Below are positions 43,818 through 58,425 of a stretch of DNA of 64,000 nucleotides, one piece after another. The notes below the pieces were generated by a model. That model was not told where the DNA came from. It did no database searches and worked only from the letters and a program-made list of their open reading frames with translations. Source of the stretch: the human T2T-CHM13v2.0 reference genome, Homo sapiens; NCBI RefSeq assembly GCF_009914755.1, contig NC_060941.1. One strand, 5' to 3'. A program made the translations under genes and the position numbers. How positions within the stretch are numbered: the first letter of the stretch is position 1; each line of letters opens with the position of its first letter.

Positions 43818-45693
43818 ACACCTTCTGTGGGGCATCCTGATGGCAGCTGATTTGACTATGAGTCCCTAGCCCAGTACCTTGTACGTAGCAGACACTCAAC
43901 AAATGTTTGTGGAGGGAATGATTAAGTGTTGTTGGACAAATGAGGTTTAACTGTACAGATTTTTCTTTCTTGAGGGAAGGGAACCAGATTTTGTTAAGTG
44001 CTTGCCAGGTGCAGGGCAATTTCCCCTTAGAAGACCCTGGGCTTCCAGGCAGAAGTGCCCTTCAGAGAGAGCCACACGCCATTTGCTGGGCCATGTGTCT
44101 GATTTGACAGCCCTCCAGGGTGAACTACAAAATGAGCCCTCCATGTTCCGGCTGACAGCTACAGGTCCCCAGTTGCCTCTTTGCCTCAATAAACAGCCAG
44201 CCCAGACCAGTTAGCTGGGTTGGGCGCATTGGGGAATATATCTTTTCCTTTTTTCTTTTTCATTGTTTGGTTGGCCTAGTGCAAGTGTTTTAAATAGAAC
44301 AGACATCATGGCTATAAAACATCTGTAACACTACACATTTAGTAAAGTTCCTGGCGGACTGAGTTCTGTTTGATTGGTGATATTTTTGCTGCGACTGTTG
44401 TTTCCTTTTCTCTTCTGTTTATCCCTCTGGAAAATAAGTTTTCTTTTATGTGAGGATTTATAGAAATATGTTCCTGGCATGTGGAGAGCATGGATGTATT
44501 AGGATATTGGTGTAGCAGAGAAATATTACCTCCGAGGCATGGCCAGCTTTATCTCATAGAGAGTGATCTTCCTAATGTGCAACAGTCTGTTACTCTTTAC
44601 AGGGTCAGGAGCTACCTAGGTTAAGGCAGATAAAGACACTGCCTTGTGTTGAGGTAGCATATCATTTTTGCTAGAGCATCTCTAACCATTGGAAGTTGAT
44701 GGGCTGGCGATGGATTGATTCAGGGTGGTGTCTGAGAAATCAAGGGTAGTAGAATTCATAATAATTAGTATTTAATTTATAGAGTGTGTGTCATGCCTTT
44801 TCCAAGTACTTTTCCTTCTGTTGTTTAGCCTATAAAACAGGCAGGGAAGGTTTGATCCCCATTCACAGATGAGCAGACAGAGGTGAAGTCACTAGTGGGG
44901 AAGGGAAGGTGGTGGGGAGGGGGAAGAGGGACTTAATTGTGTGCCTGTCATTGCAGTCCATTCCAAATAAGCATGTTTCATGTGTTATCTCTTTTAATAC
45001 TATTTTGTAGAAGAAGGAACAAGTTTAGAGAAGCTCAGTCACTTGCAGTGATCACCTAGTAAAATGCATTACAGGATCGGGTTGCCTGAGTTTGTCCTCT
45101 TTCCACTCCTTCAGCCTGCTCAGGGCACTGGGATTGGAACCTGGCCTTCCAATCTCCAAAATCTTCAAATCTGATGCTCTTTTCAGCCTCTATGGCCCTC
45201 TTAGGTTTAGAAAAATCATCTTCCGTCCTTAGAGGGTTGAGACATTCAATAAAAGGCAGAGAGACTTGCTCATGATGATTTTGGCCTCTCTCTTTTACTA
45301 CAAGCCTTTCTTTGGGTTTCCCCCTTTTCCCTCAAAGGAAGTTACTTGTGGAGGTTGGAAGAGGCCAGATCAGCATATCTGGGCTGGGGGGAATTTGACT
45401 TTTTTTCTTGATAGGTAAAATTTATGACTTAACAGATGGCTGAGTGTATTTCCAAAGACCACTGCGCTCAGGGTGCAATGTGCTTATCGCTTCTTATGCC
45501 TTCCCCACCTGCCCCCACTTGCTCTCTTGCTCCTGGGGTGTTTCTGGAACAGTAGAATAGCTGGGCAAGAAGGGACCTGCTGGTGGGGGAGCTAATCCTA
45601 GCCCGCATGCGGGTTGCTTAGGACTGCTGTCCAGGTGTCTTGCTCCTGGTTCATGCCTTTTTCTCTACTTCCTTGTCAACATCTAAGTGTTAA

Positions 45694-46354
<661 letters not shown>

Positions 46355-47032
46355 CCCTGCTCTTCTTTTTAATAGCTGGATTGAAAAGTCACTCTCCCGT
46401 TTAAACCCCACAGAGATTCAGCCTTCCCGTTGGGCCTGGCCTATCCTCCTTGCATCCCACAATGTCTTATGCTGCAGTCTTTTGGGACCACTAACAGTCC
46501 TTCTGCCAGACAGGCTGCAAAGGCCCTTCTCCCCTTTCTTCCTGGCTCTCCCCTGCTAACCTTTAAGCTGCAGGTCATGCCCAGCCCTGTGCTCTCACAG
46601 CTCTACCATACTAGAACTAACACAGGCTCTTACTTGAATGTAAGCATCTTTGGAGCAGAGATGAGGTCTCATGCAGTGCTTGGCACATAGTGGGTCCTCA
46701 CAACAGGTTTGATGAGAGAGTGGATTAATGAACATGGCTTGCCACTGGAGACACTCAGCTGCCATTTCTTTTCTTACCCTCTTGGTCTTTCTCAGGACTC
46801 AGCAAACCTTTTTTCAACACCTACTATGTGCCAGGTGCATTAAAATAATTTGATGCTTACAGCAGCTCTGTGACATATAGGTATTGCCCCCACTTTATGC
46901 GTAGTTTGCCTAAAATTACCCAGCTAGGACTCAAGTCCAGCAGTTTCTTGTTGAAATCCCAGGCTCCTTCTGCTCTTCTGTGGCTCTTCACCCCTCATGC
47001 TCAGGAAGGGTTTTAATGAACAAGAATCTGAA

Positions 47033-47338
47033 GGCCAGGCATGGTGGTTCACTCCTGTAATCCCAGCCCTTTGGGAAGCTGAGGCAGGAGGATCACTTGA
47101 AGCCAGGAGCTTGAGACCAGCCTGCGTAACATAGCCAGACCCTGTCTTTACCAAAAAAAAAAAAAAAAGAAAGAAAAGAAAAAGCCAGATGTGGTCGTGT
47201 GTGCATGCTTGTAGTCTCTTCTACTCAGGAGGCTGAGATGGGAGGATTACTGGAGCTCAGGAGTTAAGGCTGCAGTGAGCTATAGTCATGCCACTGGCCT
47301 CTGGCCTGGGTGACAGAGCAAGACCCTGTCTCAAAAAA
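47033..47338 (+). mobile_element. AluJ
   Basis: ggaggatcacttgaagccaggagc...gacagagcaagaccctgtctc. Confidence 0.92.
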
Positions 47339-47394
47339 CTTGGCTTTTGTTGAGGCCTCTATCCTTGCCATTTTTCCCGTTAGATGGCAGAAGC

Positions 47395-47574
47395 AGCTTC
47401 TTACAGAGCCCTGGCTGCATATTAGAATGTTCTGGGGAGTGTTTAAAAATACTGATGCCCAGGTCTCACCTTGAACCAATGAGATCCCTGAGGGTGGGGC
47501 CCTGGTATCAGTAAGTTTTAACGACCCCCACCCCGCAGGCCATGCGAATGTGCAGCCAGAATTGAGAACCTCTG
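47395..47574. mobile_element. MER5-type hAT-Charlie MITE
   Basis: ggctgcatattagaat...aaaaatactgatgcccagg...gtgcagccagaattgagaacc. Confidence 0.8.
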
Positions 47575-50215
47575 CACTACAGGAGTGTCAGTGTGTGGAT
47601 TAGGTAAAACTTGCTCATCAGAAACTGATTGCCACGTACATCTAAAATATGGTAATGAAGGTAATCAAGGCTAAGGGTTGAGGCTGCCATTTGTTCTTTT
47701 CGTGAAATCAACTGGAGGGTTTGGGGGATGGGGTAACTTGGCTTTAGAACCTGCCTACCAGCAAAGTTTTTATACACTCGCTCCTAAGAAGAGCAGGCCA
47801 GATTGTTGCTGATGAGAACAGGCCTCGTTCTGGCAGGTGGCTCCCAGTTTACTGGAGAGATGGGCTCTGGAAATCCTCTCTTGGTCTGGCTTCTCTCTGA
47901 AGCTTGGTTTTCCTTAAGTTGTCGTGTATCCGAGGGTCTGTAGTCTCGGCCATTCCTTCTAACATGGTTTCTCAGCCTGTCTGTGATGTTTCCCAAATGT
48001 CATAGTGAAGGACTCAGAGGTTCCCCAAGATGATAGATCGGGGGTGGCTATTTACTTCTGTTTACAGGGAACTTTGACATGCTCAACTTTTGTGTAGAAA
48101 CCATTTTCCCTGGTAGTTGCTACCCAGATAAATGGAAATGTTTTGGGAAAAGAGCAATTTGGGAGCTCTGAGCTTGTCACCAAGGTTGTGTGTTCCTAAA
48201 TCCTGCAGCCTGTACTTGGGCTGGTTTCTTTTACCCTGAGCACAGCCGGTGTGAAGAGCCTCAGGCATTTCTCAGCGTGGGAATAGGCACTGAGGAGATT
48301 CCAGCCAGGAGGAGAAGCTGGGAGAAAGGTTGCGCTGGAGGAGACAGAACCCTTGTGTGGATGGTGTTCTCAGGGTTACGATTTCACATTTGTTGTTTCA
48401 GCTTGTGTTATTTCAGCCAGTGTCCTAGGCCTGTTTTATAGAACGGAGAACGTGAGGCTCGCAACTGTTAGGAGACTTGACCCAACCTCATCTGAGAAAC
48501 CAGGGTCAGTTATTTAGCATGTCTCAGTTTACATAGGTGTGCTTGAAAATGGGAACTTCCTATTATTGTTGTATTTGCATCATTTCTGTAGGCAGAATGA
48601 CCTTGGGCCTGTGCTTTAGTCATGGGACCCTGAGACCATCGTGCCACCATTTCTAGGGCCCTACCCCTCACCGTGAGTCATCTGTGCATCTTCAGAAGAA
48701 TTCCACCCTGGGTGGGCAACTCGGGCTCCCACTGCTGGAGTGACAGGCACAGATGGAAAGACTGAGTTCATACCAACCCCACCATCCTGTCTGGCTCTTT
48801 CTTTCCCACCTCTTTCTGAGGTTTATTAAGAATCTGCTTTGGCTGCCTTTCTCATGCTGGGGCTTTAGAGGGGCCTCTTTTGTATGCAGAAATGCACGAC
48901 TTCCTCGCAGATTCAAAAACAGTGAAGGTTTCTTACTTAATTTTGCTTAATACCACTGTTGTAAAAGATTATGGGTTTTAATTGCATCAGTGTATTGGTA
49001 ATCATTCAAACACTTGAGAAAGTCTTTGGGGTCTTCCCCATAGTGGGTCTGAATCACCGTGTGGTGAGCACTGGGGGGTAGCGGCTCCCAGAGGGATGGA
49101 GTGATGGAGAAACCGCCTGCGGATGCAGAGCAGTCTGGGTGCCTGTGATCGGAATGACGGCTAGCCAGCCACCTCGCTCTGCAGCGCTTGATGCAGGGAT
49201 CATGATCCTTAATTTCCTGTGCTTTCCAAGGCAGCCCTCATCTCTCTACCTTTGTCGGTTACCTCCCCCAGCCCCCAATAGGAGTCAGTGCTACTGTTTA
49301 GGATATTACTCTCTGATAGTAATCTGTGGACAGGTCACCCCTGTGGCTGCGGCTTTTTCCCTAGGGTAAGAGGAAGTAGTATTTTTTAAATTAGCCTAGG
49401 AGGGAGCCAGGTAGAGAGCTCTGAGATGAGGGTGGGGAGCTTCAGCTCCCAGCCGAAGCATCCTGATCATTTCATTACAAGATCACCTTCTCCTGTAGGT
49501 GAGTTTCTGTTGTTTTAATCAGAGGTAACGTTGTGCCCTGACTATGTTGTATAATTGTGTGTGAATTATATTCCAGCTCCATATAGGCGAGGGCTATTTT
49601 TTTCCTTCCAATTTTAAAGCTATTTAGAGGGAAGGCCAAATTGTAGCTTGAACCCTGGTGCTCTCTGGCTAATAGCTATATACAGGGAGGGAGAACTTGG
49701 AGGAACATTTGGGGTTATATTTGTAATTAGTTTCCTTTGAAGTTAAATTAATTTTAGCAATCGGCAACGTAAAATATTGTTATACCTTTTTCCAGTGGTC
49801 ACCTGTGGGTGACCTGAGGCCTGTGGAATTGATGAGAGACGAAGCGGTGGGCATGGTGGGCAGGCACACTTTCTTGGACATGTGGGCTTATTTTAAGTCA
49901 TTTTTGCATTCAGACTCTTGGCTTAGGGATCTCTCTGGCCTGTCATTTTTTTTTGACAGCTTTATTGAGATATAATTCAAATACCATATAATTCACTCAT
50001 TTAAAATGGTGCAATTCAATGGATTTTAGTATATTCACAGATATGTGCACCCATCACCACAGTCAATTTTAGAGCATTTTTATCACCTCAAAAAGAAACC
50101 GCATACCCTTTAGCCATCACTCCCTCCCTCTCCCCTGGCTCTATGCAACTACTAATTTACCTGCTGTCTCTACAGATTTCCCTATTATGGACTTTCATTT
50201 GGATGGAATCAAATA

Positions 50216-50451
50216 CAGGTTGAAGATCCCTAATCTGAAAATCCAAAATCCAGAATGCTCAAAAATCTGAAACTTTTTGAGTGCTGTCATGGTGCTCAAG
50301 GGAAATGCTCGTTGGAGCATTTCAGATTTTTGATTTTTGAATTAGAGATGCTGAACTATTGAGTATAATGCAAATATCCCAAAATCCAAAAACATTTGAA
50401 ATCTGAAACACTTCCGGTTCCACACATTTCAGATAAGGGATACCCAAACTG
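50216..50451. mobile_element. Tigger4a/MER46-type DNA element
   Basis: TA|caggttgaagatccctaatctgaaaat ... ttcagataagggatacccaaactg|TA; TA target duplication. Confidence 0.85.
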
Positions 50452-50683
50452 TAATACGTGATGTTCTGTGTCTTGCTTGTTTCACTTGGCATAACGCTTT
50501 CAAGGTTCATCCATGTTGCAGCATGTGTCAGTACCTCGTTCCTTTTTACAGTTGAATAATATTCTATTTATGGATGTACCACATTTTGTTTATCCATTCG
50601 TCTGTTGATGGATATTTGGGTTGTTCTATTTTTTGGCTGTTGCTGCCATGAACACTTGTGTAAAAGTTTTTGGGTGGACATAG

Positions 50684-51090
<407 letters not shown>

Positions 51091-51962
51091 TGACAGACAA
51101 CGCTGTGTTTAATCATTTGTGGAGTTGCCAGACTGTTCCCAAAGCAGCTGCACTATTTTAAATTTCCACCAGGAAGATCTGGCTTGTCATTTTTGCATCT
51201 TTGCTGCAAAATTAGAAAAGGTGAAGACATACCTGCTCCTTATGGTGCCCTCAATCCTCCCCTTTTTCCAATTGTTTTTTTTCTTATGGAAAGAAAGAAG
51301 ATGACACAGTAGCAAATGAAGGTGTTAGAGCAGTGAATAGGAAGGGCAAGATTTGGCTTCTCCATTTGTCACTCCATACGCTGTTTGATTTTGGATGCTT
51401 AACATTTCTGAGTCTTGGTTTCCTTATCTGTGGAAGAGTGGCTGGGACCTGCCATAAGATTGACATGAGGACTAAGTCAGGCAACTCATGGGAAGTGCAT
51501 ACCTCAGGCCTGGCCCACAGATGATCTACAGTGAGGGCAGAGAATTCTAGGCAGGGAAGCAGACACACCAGTAAAAGGGCTTTTCCATAGGGGAAAAGTA
51601 TATCTCAACAGCTCAGATTTTATTAGGCAGGAGCCTGCCCTTGCGTAAACTCTGGCCTTACTTTCATCATGTGTTTTTATCAGAGGAACTTGAATCCTTG
51701 TGTCACCTTTGGGTTGCTTCTCCTTACAGGTGGCTTTGTCCTTCCCATTCTTCACCTCAAGACAGGTGTCATTTGACCATTTAAAGCAGAGATGTCCTCC
51801 CTGTGGCCTCTGCCAGTGGGCGTGACTTGCCTTGCTTGGGTGGGTGTGATGCCCTCTTCCCCCATAATTGATAGAGTTTCCATGTGGACTGTGGCTCTGC
51901 TGTCACCAAAAAAAGGTGAGGTCAAGGCAGTGGTGTCCTTGCGCTTCTCCCGAATAGATCTC

Positions 51963-52420
51963 TGTATCAGTTTTGTGGGACAGCTGTAACAAATTACCAC
52001 ACACTGAGTGGTTTAAGAAATAGAAATATAGTCTTTCGTAGTTCAAGAGTTCAGAAGTCTGAAATCAAAGTGTCAGCAGGACTGGTTCCCTCTGGAGGCT
52101 CCATGGGAAAAACTGTCCCATACCTCTCTCCTAGCTTCTGGTGGTTGCCCGCAATTCTTGGTGTTCCTTGGTTTGCAGGCACATCACTCAAGGCCCTGCC
52201 TTCATCTGCACATGGCCACCTTCTTTCTGTGTCTGTTTGTCCTCTTCTTAGAAGGACACCCGTTACTGGATTTAGGGCTTACCCTATGTCCAGGATAACT
52301 TCATCTCAAGATTCTTAACTAATTACATCTGTAAAGACCCTGTTTCCAAATAAGGTCACTTTCTGAAATTCTAGATGGACACGAATTTTGGAGGAACTCT
52401 TTTTGATCCAACCCAGTCTC
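51963..52420 (-). mobile_element. MLT1B/C LTR
   Basis: tgtatcagtttt...gctgtaacaaattaccac...gtctgaaatcaaagtgtcagcagg...tttccaaataaggtcac. Confidence 0.85.
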
Positions 52421-53459
52421 TTTTCCACATGTGATCCTAGAAACAGTTGGAGAAGATGCCCAATACCTGACCTGTGTTCTGACTTTGCAAGCTAAGTAAG
52501 TTTGCCACTGGATTCAGATGTGATGGTGATAGTAGTTATGGTAGTGATGAAGGTGGCAGGAGGGTGGCTCCGAGGGTGATGGTGGTAGAGTTGGTGGTGG
52601 CAAGAATGGTAGTATTGGCAGTTGTGAGGGTGAGGGAGGATGGGAAAAATATGGGGAGAAGTAGGGATTTTAGAGGGGAGGTACCTTGAATGAAACACCT
52701 TGGGGAATGGAGTCTTGGTGTTCGGGAGTTCTGTGATCTCAGGCAGCCCTGCTCGAGGGTCTGGCATACAAAGATTGGACTTAATTCTCAAATGCAGACT
52801 GATAGGAGAAGACTGCCACATTGGCAGATACATAGGATTTCATCCTGGATTCTGAATTTGGTGAGCACTTTTGTTCTTCAGTGTCACTGGACAGGATGGG
52901 GTAATAGACAGAGCCCTTGTCTGAGCCTGGGAAAGCTGTCCTCCTAACTACCTGCCTTGCCTTTAACTAGCATGCGAGTCATCTCATTGACTTGACTTTT
53001 CCATCCGCACAATGGGGAGGATGAACTAGAAGGTTTGCAGCATCCTACCCAGTGCTAGCATTTTAACATCTTTCCTGGGCTTTCTCCACCTTGGGGTTCC
53101 CACAGATGAGGCATCATCTGCAAACAAGCCTGTGTTCTTGGGGAGTGAAGATGGCTTACATTTTTTCATCATGGGGAATTTGAACTCTTTTAAGGAACAT
53201 GATAATAGCCAGAGCTGATTTAATTCCTGTGGGCCTTTCTCATACTCATTTAAGGCTCTCCAGAGCCATTTCCTGCCTTTTCATGTATTTGTTCTGATTA
53301 AGAAATATTTGGTTTTTTTGGTGTTTGTTTTGTTTTTGTTTTCCTTGTGTGATAATGAATATCTTTAGGCCAGTGCTGTTGGAATTAAGTTTTCCCTTTA
53401 ATCTCATTTTTAAAAGTAGTTTCTCTTTTCTAACCTCCCCTTACCCCACTCTGCCTTCA

Positions 53460-53484
53460 ACACACACACAAAACACACACAGCA

Positions 53485-53515
<31 letters not shown>

Positions 53516-53517
53516 CA
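53460..53517. repeat. Imperfect (CA)n microsatellite
   Basis: Seen directly. Confidence 0.9.
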
Positions 53518-55806
53518 TCCCATTTGCTTTATCCTATTTTATAAAAATACAAACAGTGGTCCCATTCCTAGTGACCGTTTCTGATGCAAACACATTTTTT
53601 AAAAGGGAATTTTTTTTAACTCAAAAAGCCAGCTCTCTGTTTAGAGGCAGGGAGGTGGAGTGCTCTTTGCAGCTCTGGTTAGTACTGGCTTTGGCCAGTT
53701 CTTACGTGTAAACAGCAATTTTCCAAACGGGAATGGGTGCTGGGGTTTTCTTTATGGAGCCAAGGGGTATGTGGAGAGCAGCGGTGTTTAGTTAAATTAC
53801 AGGTCTAGATGCAGAACTTTCCAGCAATGATTTGTGAGAGCCTGAACACTCCCCACTGCCCTTTGTGCACACAGGCAAGAGCGCACACACGCACACATGC
53901 ACACGGACACCTCCTGCTTCCCAGAGTGACACCTTAAACCATAAAAGGAGGGGCGCCTGCTGGGAGAGGGGGCTGTCCCCACATGGTGCAAGGCTGTCGG
54001 GTAGGTATCTGGTGTCTCTAATGGTGGGAAGCACTCACATACCAAAATGTTATCCGCAACCTCTCCACTAAAACTCCAAGCAAAGGAAATTTAAGATCAA
54101 TTTCCTAATGGATTTTGGACTGAGCTCCCTGAAACAGATGGGTAGCTCTCCATCTCAGTTCACTGTGGAGCTGAGTGGGGCCATCTGAGCATTTTGGGAT
54201 GCAGTGGCTGCTTCCCTGTACCCTGTATGGGTACTCTACTGGTATTAAGGCTGCAGGTTAGGAAACAGTTACCTGAAGGGCCTATCCTAGGAGGAAAACA
54301 GGTGGCTCTCTCTTCACTGGGTAAAGAGGATTTTTGTTTTTTTATAACCCAAAAGGAGTATAGAACCCGGGGGCCTGCCTTGTCCAGCCTTCTCACTGTA
54401 TCCAGGTTTAAAGTTCCAGGGATACTGAATGGTTCCTTAGGTAAATGGAAGCCAAGACTCAAGGAGTGGGACTGGAGTTGACCCAAACACACACCCATGC
54501 ATGTGCATATACATGTGTGTGCACCCTCACGTGTCCATAGAAACCTTGCATAGTATTGATGGGAATTCGAGGACCTCCATTTAGTCCCACTGAAAGTCAG
54601 GACACAACATCCCAGCCCCATCCCCTTCCTGCCCTCCTCAGTAGCCATGGAGATGGCAAGGAAACCGAGAGAAGAATGTGTGACTCTAGGGTTCTCTGCC
54701 TCTCGTGTCCCTCACCAGAATGCAAATTGTGGAGCAGGCCACAGTCCATTTGGCAGTCATGCTGGCAGCATTCTCAAAGTAAATCACTTCCATTTCCCCC
54801 AGCATGCCCCTGGCGGGAGAGGTCACTGTGCACAGCCCTGTCGCCCCCATAGCTGTGCCCCCTTCTCCTAAAGCCGAGACACTGGTGAGCAGCTAACCAA
54901 GGGTTGCCCATGTTTCCACTGGCCTTTTCACGTTTGGAAGGTTTTGATTAAAACAGTTTCTTTCAGTGTTTGCTGAGGAGTGGGATCCATCACTGTATCT
55001 GAGCTGGTCCCTGGAGAGGATGTTTTAGTAACTTGGACACTTTGGTGCATTGTCTGGGACCTGGAATTTCTCATCCTTTTTTAAAAAAAGGTGTTTTAAA
55101 GGCCTTTTGGGGACTGTGTAGATTTATAGCTGAATGGCTGCCTCTGTGTTTAGGGCTCTGGCTAGGCAGGTTTATGGCTATAAGGCAACGGTGGAGGGTG
55201 TTTGAAGAGATATTTTCATTTCACCAGTTATTGGGGAATGAACAATCTGTTGACTTCTGTTATTTGGAATGAAGACATGTTGTTTGTTGAATTCTCTGGG
55301 ACCACATGAACGTTTGGAATATAGACAGGGCTGCTGTATACCCGCCCGACTCTAAACAGTGTATAAATGAGACCATGGGGTTCAGATTAGAGTATGGCTC
55401 TCCAGAGTTTCTTCAAATTGAGAACTCTACTAGTGTATGTTGGTAGATCACGTTAGTGTTTCTTTACAGACATTTAATTACTTGGCTGGGGTAAGGGAAA
55501 AAAAGGAATGAAAAATCTAAAATTAAACTATTGGGAATCTCTGCCCATCTGAAAGCATGTAGAGATGCAGGAAAGTGTTTTTGAAATTATAGTGGAAGAC
55601 AATAGGACAGTAAGAGATGCCTTTTCAAAGACACGTTTTTGTGTAATGTGTCTTTTCGCTGCGTGTTTGGTTCTGAGCTTGAAAGATGAGTCTAGTAACT
55701 GACTTTGGTCAGTTACAGTGACCATTTATTTAGCGACTACACAGTGCCCTGCTAGACACTTGGCATACATTACTTAATTTACTCCTGATAGGAACCTTGT
55801 ATGGTA

Positions 55807-56146
55807 GGCTAATCATTATATCTTCATTTTATAGTGGATTACATTCCACATTCTATTAGAATATAAGCTCCGGCACCTCGCACTTAATGTATCTGTTGAA
55901 TGAATACATTAGCAAAGTTAGATTAGTAAAATTTGGTGATTCATGAGTGTAGGGACAGATGTAAATCTGGAAAGGGCTAATCATTATATCTTCATTTTAT
56001 AGTGGATTACATTCCACATTCTATTAGAATGTAAGCTCCAGCACCTCGCACTTAATGTATCTGTTGAATGAATACATTAGCAAAGTTAGATTAGTAAAAT
56101 TTGGTGATTCATGAGTGTAGGGACAGATTTAAATCTGGAAAGGGCT
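55807..56146. repeat. 168-bp tandem duplication (2 copies, 3 mismatches)
   Basis: 55807-55974 and 55975-56142; GGCT junction microhomology. Confidence 0.97.
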
Positions 56147-56503
56147 TGATGGAATTTTGCCATTCAAGTGACCTCGATTTACCAGGGAGACTTAAGGAAT
56201 GGGTGAGAAGGGAGATGGACAATAATGAGTGAGCATAAGAGGCCAACCAGGTCATGAGAGGTACTTGGAGCTCAGTGCTGTGCACAGTGGTGGGATCTTC
56301 ATAGAATTTTTCACATGCACTATCTCATCTAATCCCCCATTCATCTGAAAAGAGGTGAAAAAACAGTCAATCCCAGCTTTAAACACATGAGCAAGCCACT
56401 GCTTGGTTCTAATGGGCAGAAGGAAGTAGGGAGTAGGTGGTATACTGAGTTGTTAGAATAATGTCCTCTTAAAACACTGTGGAACGTCCATGACAAGGAT
56501 ATT

Positions 56504-56770
56504 CAAGTTTGGGGTTAACCAGCAGGTTGTGGTGGCATGTGTCTTCTGTGGGAGCTACTAAGCTAAACAAGAGCTCCCTGGAGTCTACGAGCTCCAAGTT
56601 TGGGGTCAACCAGCAGGCTATGGTGGCATGTGTCTTCTGTGGGAGCTACTAAGCTAAAGCAAGAGCTCCCTGGAGTCTACGAGCTCCAAGTTTGGGGTCA
56701 ACCAGCAGGCTATGGTGGCATGTGTCTTCTGTGGGAGCTACTAAGCTAAAGCAAGAGCTCCCTGGAGTCT
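56504..56770. repeat. 91/92-bp tandem repeat, ~2.9 units
   Basis: Units start at 56504, 56595 and 56687 (caagtttgggg...ggagtctacgagctc). Confidence 0.97.
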
Positions 56771-57201
56771 GCAAGCCTCTCTGCATCATGGCTATGATGC
56801 TCGTGGATTCATGGGAATCGGGCATTAGGTGGGACCTTGGAGCCCTGACCCAGCATCTCGTGCTGCAGAAAACTCATACCTAGGAGGAAGTGAGTCCTGC
56901 CCAGGGTCACACCCAGAGTTAGACCCAGGAGCTGGATTTCCAGTGCCCTACAGCACAGCCTGCCAGTAACCACTGTGCCCCCTGGTGTCACTCACCTCAG
57001 GCTCCTGTTGAGGTGGGTCGGTTCACTCATTCACTCAGCAGATACGCCGGGAGCCTCTGTGATGACTGACCCGGGCAGCCATGGCTCCTATGCTTCAGCA
57101 TCCTACATCACATCGAGTTGCAGTAGAAACAGATGACATTGTGTGTTGATTATATGCCAACAAACTGGTCAGACCCTCACCCATCAAATTCTACAATTTT
57201 G

Positions 57202-57461
57202 TATTGTGACAGTAAAACTAAAATGGCACATAGCCTAAACTCAGTCTTTAGAACGAAATTTATTTTCTTGATTTTGGCTCCTACGTGTAAGATTTTGGTT
57301 CCCACTCTGAACAGTTAATGTCATTCTCCTTTTTTTTTTTATTGTGACAGTAAAACTAAAATGGCACATAGCCTAAACTCAGTCTTTAGAAAGAAATTTT
57401 TCTTGATTTTTGGCTCCTACATGTAAGATTTTGGTCTCCACTCTGAGCAGTTAATGTCATT
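57202..57461. repeat. ~123-bp direct duplication separated by ctcc plus a T run
   Basis: 57202-57325 versus 57340-57461, about 93% identical. Confidence 0.95.
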
Positions 57462-58425
57462 GAGCTTCCTACTCCTTTGGCTTTGGAGCTGGTAGGATTT
57501 GGAAATGTGGCCACATTTTTTCACACGTACATCTACAAAACATTCAGTGTTGGTTTCTATGTGCCTGACGCTGTGCCTGGCCTGGTGGAGGATTTGTAGA
57601 GGAGTCAAGAGCTTATTGTCTGGAGGAGGAAGTAACTTCACACAAGGTGGAGAGCAGTGAGTGTTAAGACAGGGATATGGAGACACTGTTAGGGGGTTTC
57701 AGAAAAGGGTGGACTAACTCCTGGCTGGATTGATAAATAACTATTTTGAATTTTGGAGAAAGGTGCTGGATCCTGGAGGAAGGTTACAACTTGCCGTAGT
57801 TAGGTTCAGGAGTGGAGAGGCACCCCAAGGAGAAGGACCTGCAGGAACGAAAGTGTAGGGATCTGGGGATTAGCTGGGCTTGACTGGGTGCAGGGTGAAT
57901 CAAGATGAATCACAGGAAATCAGGAGGAGGAATCCTGGACAAAGCTTGCAGGGTGGTCTCCAGGTGCGAGGTCAGCGTCTGTGTTGCTTGCAGACGTATA
58001 CCAGCACCAAGCACAAACAGCTCAGCGTAGACAGCCTGTGCGTACTTTTGAATCGTGTGCATTTCTTATTGACAGGTTTTGTGGATGGTTTCTGGGCAGC
58101 AGTTTTTATGCATTTGGGTCTGTTTTGTTCACGTCTCTTAGCTTTAAAATAGCTTGACATGTGATTTTTCTCTTTTTGCTAGTCCATCAGAATGAAGTTG
58201 CGTGTTGTGGCCAATGAGGTTCTGAAGTCTCTGTGTCTGTATGAAACTCAAGCTTTTAGGTTGCCATCTGAATGCCTGAGATATGCAGAGTGACTGTCTC
58301 TAGCATCCTTAGACATCTAAACGCCCGCGCCATGCAGCTTGAATATATCTAAAATTGCCTTCCTAGAGAAATGTGGAGAGCAGATTGTTTCAGCAGCCTC
58401 TTGAGCCCTGCTTTAGATAACCTGG

